Assembly: GCA_964595195.1 (NCBI GenBank)
Contig: CAZQPM010000001.1
Location: forward strand, 1-45,402
Reading direction: 5' to 3'
Origin: an uncultured Burkholderiales bacterium
GTDB lineage: Bacteria > Vulcanimicrobiota > Xenobia > Xenobiales > Xenobiaceae
DNA: 45,402 bases
Shown: positions 42,451 through 45,402 of the stretch, piece by piece
Layout: the number at the start of each line of letters is the position of its first letter
Position numbering within the stretch: position 1 is the stretch's first letter
The notes under the pieces: model-generated
The model's input: the letters and a program-made list of their open reading frames with translations, nothing else
The model's database searches: none
What the model was told of the DNA's origin: nothing
Made by a program: the position numbers and the translations under genes

Positions 42451-43200
42451 ATGGCGAAGAAGGAGCAAGGGGACGGCTTCTGGCCCCGGATGGTCATCAC
42501 CCTGGTGGTCGTGGTCTGGGCCGCGATCCTGGGAGGCAGTTGGCTGGGTCATCGGATCGTCGAGAAGCAGCGCACCGGGGAGGAGTCGTCCCAGGCCCTG
42601 AACCTGCCCACGCCGCGGCCTCGTCCCTGGCGAACCGCCGACCCCGCCCTGCAGAAGGAGGTCGATGAGCAGCGCTCCGGAGTGACCCGGACGGGCCAGT
42701 CGCCCGCGCGCACCGTGACCGCCTCGCCCGTGGTGGCTTCGGCCAGTCCCAGGCCTTCGCCCGAGGCCACCCCCTCGCCCTCGGTCGAGCCTTCGCCCAC
42801 GCCCGAGCCGTCGGCCACTGCCGAGGCCCGACCCGAGCCCTCGCCGGAACCGCGCTCCCCGAGCCCCACCCCTGCGGCGACCCGGAAGCCGCGGCCGACT
42901 CCGGTCGCCGAGTCCCCCTCACCGGCCCCGGCCTCGGAGGGCCCCGCGCCGACCCCGGCCGCGGCTTCCGCGGGGTCCTTCCAACTGCAGTTCGGGTCCT
43001 TCTCCAGCCAGGAGAACGCCCAGGAGCTGGCCGGTCGCCTGTCGTCGGCGGGGCAGGAGGCCCACATCGATGCGGTGGAGACCGAGCGGGGGACCTTCTA
43101 CCAGGTGCGAGGCGGCGTCTTCCGCGACGAGACGGCGGCCCGCGACCAGGCCGACCGTCTGCGCAGTTCGGGCATCGACGTCTACGTGGTCGGTCAGTAG
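42451..43200 (+). CDS. SPOR domain protein (single TM, Pro/Ser-rich linker, C-terminal SPOR)
   Basis: Track ORF of 249 aa. The TM is MVITLVVVVWAAILGGSWL. The C-terminus is FQLQFGSFSSQENAQELAGRL...GTFYQVRGGVFRDETAARDQADRLRSSGIDVYVV. Confidence 0.8.
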   Translation: MAKKEQGDGFWPRMVITLVVVVWAAILGGSWLGHRIVEKQRTGEESSQALNLPTPRPRPWRTADPALQKEVDEQRSGVTRTGQSPARTVTASPVVASASPRPSPEATPSPSVEPSPTPEPSATAEARPEPSPEPRSPSPTPAATRKPRPTPVAESPSPAPASEGPAPTPAAASAGSFQLQFGSFSSQENAQELAGRLSSAGQEAHIDAVETERGTFYQVRGGVFRDETAARDQADRLRSSGIDVYVVGQ

Positions 43201-43210
43201 GCTTCCCGGC

Positions 43211-44173
43211 ATGGAATCGAATCGGCCGACCCGCCTGGAGGAATATCGTCCGCCTCCGCACGGAAGCGCCGTGGCCTTGGGATTCTTCGATGGGGTCCAT
43301 CGGGGCCATCAGGCCATCCTGCGCGGGGCCGTCGACTGCGCCCGGCGGGCCGGCCTGGAGCCCGTGGCCTTCACCTTCGCCAACCACCCGTCAACCGTGC
43401 TGGCTCCGGATCGGGTCCCGGGCCTGCTGAGCTCGCGGGAGGAGCGCTTCGGCCTGATCCGGGCCCTGGGACTGAGGGTCGTGTGGCTGGAGTTCCAACC
43501 CGGGTTCTCCCGCATGCCGGCCCCGGTCTTCGCCCAGGAAGTCCTTCGCGATCGCCTGGGTGCTCGGGCGGTCTCGGTGGGGCCGAACTACCGTTTCGGG
43601 CATGGAGCTCGGGGCGACGCCGGCCTGTTGAAGTCCCTGTCCGCGCCTCTGGGTTTCGAGGTCTGCCGGATTCCCGCCTTGGAGTCGGGCGGCGCCCTGG
43701 TCTCGTCCAGTCGGATCCGCAAGCTGGTGCGGCACGGTCGGATGGAGGCCGTCTCGGCCGCACTGGGGCGCCCCTACCGCCTGGAGGGCCTGGTCGAGGC
43801 CGGCCACTCGCGGGGGGCGGGCCTGGGGATGAGAACCGCCAACCTGCGCATCGGTGCGGATCGGGTCCCCCCCGCCACCGGGGTCTACGCCGTGTGGACC
43901 GGGACCGACGGGGACCTACGGCCCGGAGTGGCCAACTTCGGGACTTCTCCGACCTTCGGGGGCGGTCCGCACCTGTTGGAGGTCCATCTCTTCGACTTCG
44001 AAGGGGAACTCTACGGTCGGGCCCTGGAAGTGTTCCTGGTGAGCCGCCTGCGGGAGGAGTTGCGCTTTCCCGACGGCGGGACGCTGGCCCGTCAGATGGT
44101 GGAGGATGCCGCGAGGGCCCGAAGGATCCTCTCGGACCATCCCCGGCCGTCCAGCCTGATGGAAAGGGCCTGA
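43211..44173 (+). CDS. ribF: Bifunctional riboflavin kinase / FMN adenylyltransferase
   Basis: ATG at 43211 lies within track ORF 43070..44173. Motifs are ALGFFDGVHRGHQAIL, GPNYRFG, PATGVYAV and LLEVHLFDFEGELYGRALEV. Confidence 0.9.
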   Translation: MESNRPTRLEEYRPPPHGSAVALGFFDGVHRGHQAILRGAVDCARRAGLEPVAFTFANHPSTVLAPDRVPGLLSSREERFGLIRALGLRVVWLEFQPGFSRMPAPVFAQEVLRDRLGARAVSVGPNYRFGHGARGDAGLLKSLSAPLGFEVCRIPALESGGALVSSSRIRKLVRHGRMEAVSAALGRPYRLEGLVEAGHSRGAGLGMRTANLRIGADRVPPATGVYAVWTGTDGDLRPGVANFGTSPTFGGGPHLLEVHLFDFEGELYGRALEVFLVSRLREELRFPDGGTLARQMVEDAARARRILSDHPRPSSLMERA

Positions 44174-44283
44174 GCGGCTCGGCATCGGATTGCCGTTCGG
44201 GGCAGGGGCTCTTACCAGGGCCGCGAAGAGCCGGCCGCCAGTCTCTTGAACAATCCCCCCGGGACTGGCGGAGGAGGACCCTG

Positions 44284-45402
44284 GTGACGGGTATGACGGG
44301 CCTGCTGCGCACCCCCCTGTGCGAGGTGCACCGCCGCGAAGGCGGCAAGATCGTGGAATTCGCCGGCTGGGAGATGCCGGTGGAGTATACGGGAATCCGC
44401 CAGGAACACCTGGCTGTGCGCACCGGGGTCGGCCTCTTCGACCTCTCGCACATGGGCGAGATCGAGGTGCGCGGGACGGGTGCCGCTGCGTTCGTCAACC
44501 ACCTCGTCACCAACGACGTGGACCGTCTGGAGGCCGGCCAGTGCCTGTATACCTGCATGTGCGGGCCCGACGGGGGGATCCTGGATGACCTGCTGGTCTA
44601 TCGGTTCCCGGACGAGGCCGGCGGGACTCCCCGCTACTGGCTGGTGGTCAACGCCTCCAATCGCGAGAAGGTCGTGGAGTGGATGGAGTCGCACATCCCC
44701 GGTGACGCCGGGATGAAGGACCTTTCCCTCTCAACGGCCCTCTTGGCGGTCCAGGGCCCCAAGGCCCAGGCCTTCCTGCAGCCCTTCACCGATACCGACC
44801 TGGAACAGCTCGGCTACTACCACCTGCTGGAGGGACACGTCTGCGGGATTCCCGCCGTGATCTCGCGCACCGGTTACACCGGCGAGGATGGCTTCGAGCT
44901 GTACGTTCCGTGGAACCGTGCCGAGGAGCTGTGGAACACCCTGCGGGCCGGGGGCGAAATCGTCCCCATCGGCCTGGGCGCTCGGGACACGCTGCGCCTG
45001 GAGGCCGGCTACTCGCTGTATGGGCACGAGATCAACGTGCTGACCACGCCCCTGGACGCCGGCCTGGGTTGGGTCGTGCGCTGGAGCAAGGCTGACTTCA
45101 TCGGCAAGGCGGCCCTGGCCCGTCAGAAGGAGGGCCACGTCCGCAAGGCGATCGTCGGGCTGGAGATGCTGGGCCGGGGCATCCCCCGTCAGGGCTATCC
45201 CGTGGAGGGTCCCGACGGGCCCGTGGGGGTGGTCACCAGCGGCACCTTCTCGCCCTCCCTGTCCAAGGGGATCGCCCTGGCCTCGGTGGACATCGCCCAC
45301 CGGGCCGAGGGCACCGAGCTGTCCGTCTCGGTCCGAGGTCGCCTGGAGCCCGCCCGGGTGGTCCGCCCGCCGGGGCGAGGGGAACGCCCAACCCATCCGA
45401 AA
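44284..45402 (+). CDS. gcvT: Glycine cleavage system aminomethyltransferase (T protein); the 3' end is open at the window edge
   Basis: Absent from the track because no stop lies in the window. GTG at 44284 lies 6 nt after GAGGAGG; ATG at 44293 is the alternative. Motifs are GLFDLSHMGEIEVRG, ISRTGYTGEDGFELY and GLGARDTLRLEAGYSLYGHE. The frame is open to base 45402. Confidence 0.9.
   Translation, partial: MTGMTGLLRTPLCEVHRREGGKIVEFAGWEMPVEYTGIRQEHLAVRTGVGLFDLSHMGEIEVRGTGAAAFVNHLVTNDVDRLEAGQCLYTCMCGPDGGILDDLLVYRFPDEAGGTPRYWLVVNASNREKVVEWMESHIPGDAGMKDLSLSTALLAVQGPKAQAFLQPFTDTDLEQLGYYHLLEGHVCGIPAVISRTGYTGEDGFELYVPWNRAEELWNTLRAGGEIVPIGLGARDTLRLEAGYSLYGHEINVLTTPLDAGLGWVVRWSKADFIGKAALARQKEGHVRKAIVGLEMLGRGIPRQGYPVEGPDGPVGVVTSGTFSPSLSKGIALASVDIAHRAEGTELSVSVRGRLEPARVVRPPGRGERPTHPK

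Noticed and set aside
44174-44283. Possible glycine riboswitch upstream of gcvT
   Set aside because: gcvT is a classic glycine-riboswitch target. However, the 110-nt gap lacks the conserved GGAGAG / ACCGAAGGGGCAA / CUCAGGCAAAAGGAC-type cores; it has only a loose ccgttcggggcagg. It is mostly occupied by a ggctctt...aagagcc hairpin that looks like the ribF terminator. An Infernal scan with the Rfam glycine model would settle it.
1-45402. CRISPR arrays, transposases/IS elements, retron/DGR reverse transcriptases and toxin-antitoxin pairs
   Set aside because: There are no regularly spaced direct repeats outside coding repeats (TPR units, XRE repeats and Pro-rich linkers). No ORF has DDE/HUH, RT (YxDD) or Cas-like motifs.

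Overview
High-G+C (roughly 70% by eye) bacterial chromosomal segment. It is probably the end of a metagenome-assembled contig, because the window opens with a poly-G run. I call 33 protein-coding genes and one tRNA-Gln(UUG). The long Arg/Gly/Pro/Gln-rich ORFs in the track that lie antisense to or overlapping these genes are high-GC shadow ORFs and are rejected. Layout: (1) 1-12005, minus strand: an eight-gene, translationally coupled MoxR / DUF58 / BatA-like VWA / double-VWA operon that also carries an ABC ATPase, an ABC-2 permease and two uncharacterised membrane proteins. (2) 12105-14103, plus strand, divergent from (1): lipoprotein, Cys-rich protein and membrane protein. (3) Housekeeping and orphan genes: glpD, a PD-(D/E)xK-like protein, a PQQ-type beta-propeller, an HD hydrolase, typA with a predicted leaderless promoter, a Q/E-rich protein, a small zinc ribbon and a lytic transglycosylase. 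(4) tRNA-Gln with a consensus promoter, next to an XRE-type regulator that has two tandem C-terminal repeats and an AT-rich palindrome-filled upstream region. (5) 24696-30564, minus strand: a DUF58-TgpA(transglutaminase)-YfhO operon with no MoxR of its own. (6) An orphan solute-binding protein and a copper-amine-oxidase-N-like exported protein. (7) 33721-42214, plus strand: a 1238-aa TPR protein, a 760-aa wHTH / nuclease-fold-like / double Roadblock-LC7 protein, a pseudo-receiver-GAF histidine kinase and a NarL-type regulator. (8) SPOR protein, ribF and a partial gcvT. The best candidates for undescribed biology are the MoxR/VWA operon with the embedded ABC-2 exporter and the TPR-Roadblock-kinase-regulator module, which is conservon-like but has no GTPase. 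No CRISPR array, transposase, integrase or recognisable defence island was seen. All domain calls come from reading motifs in the translations; no database search was possible.
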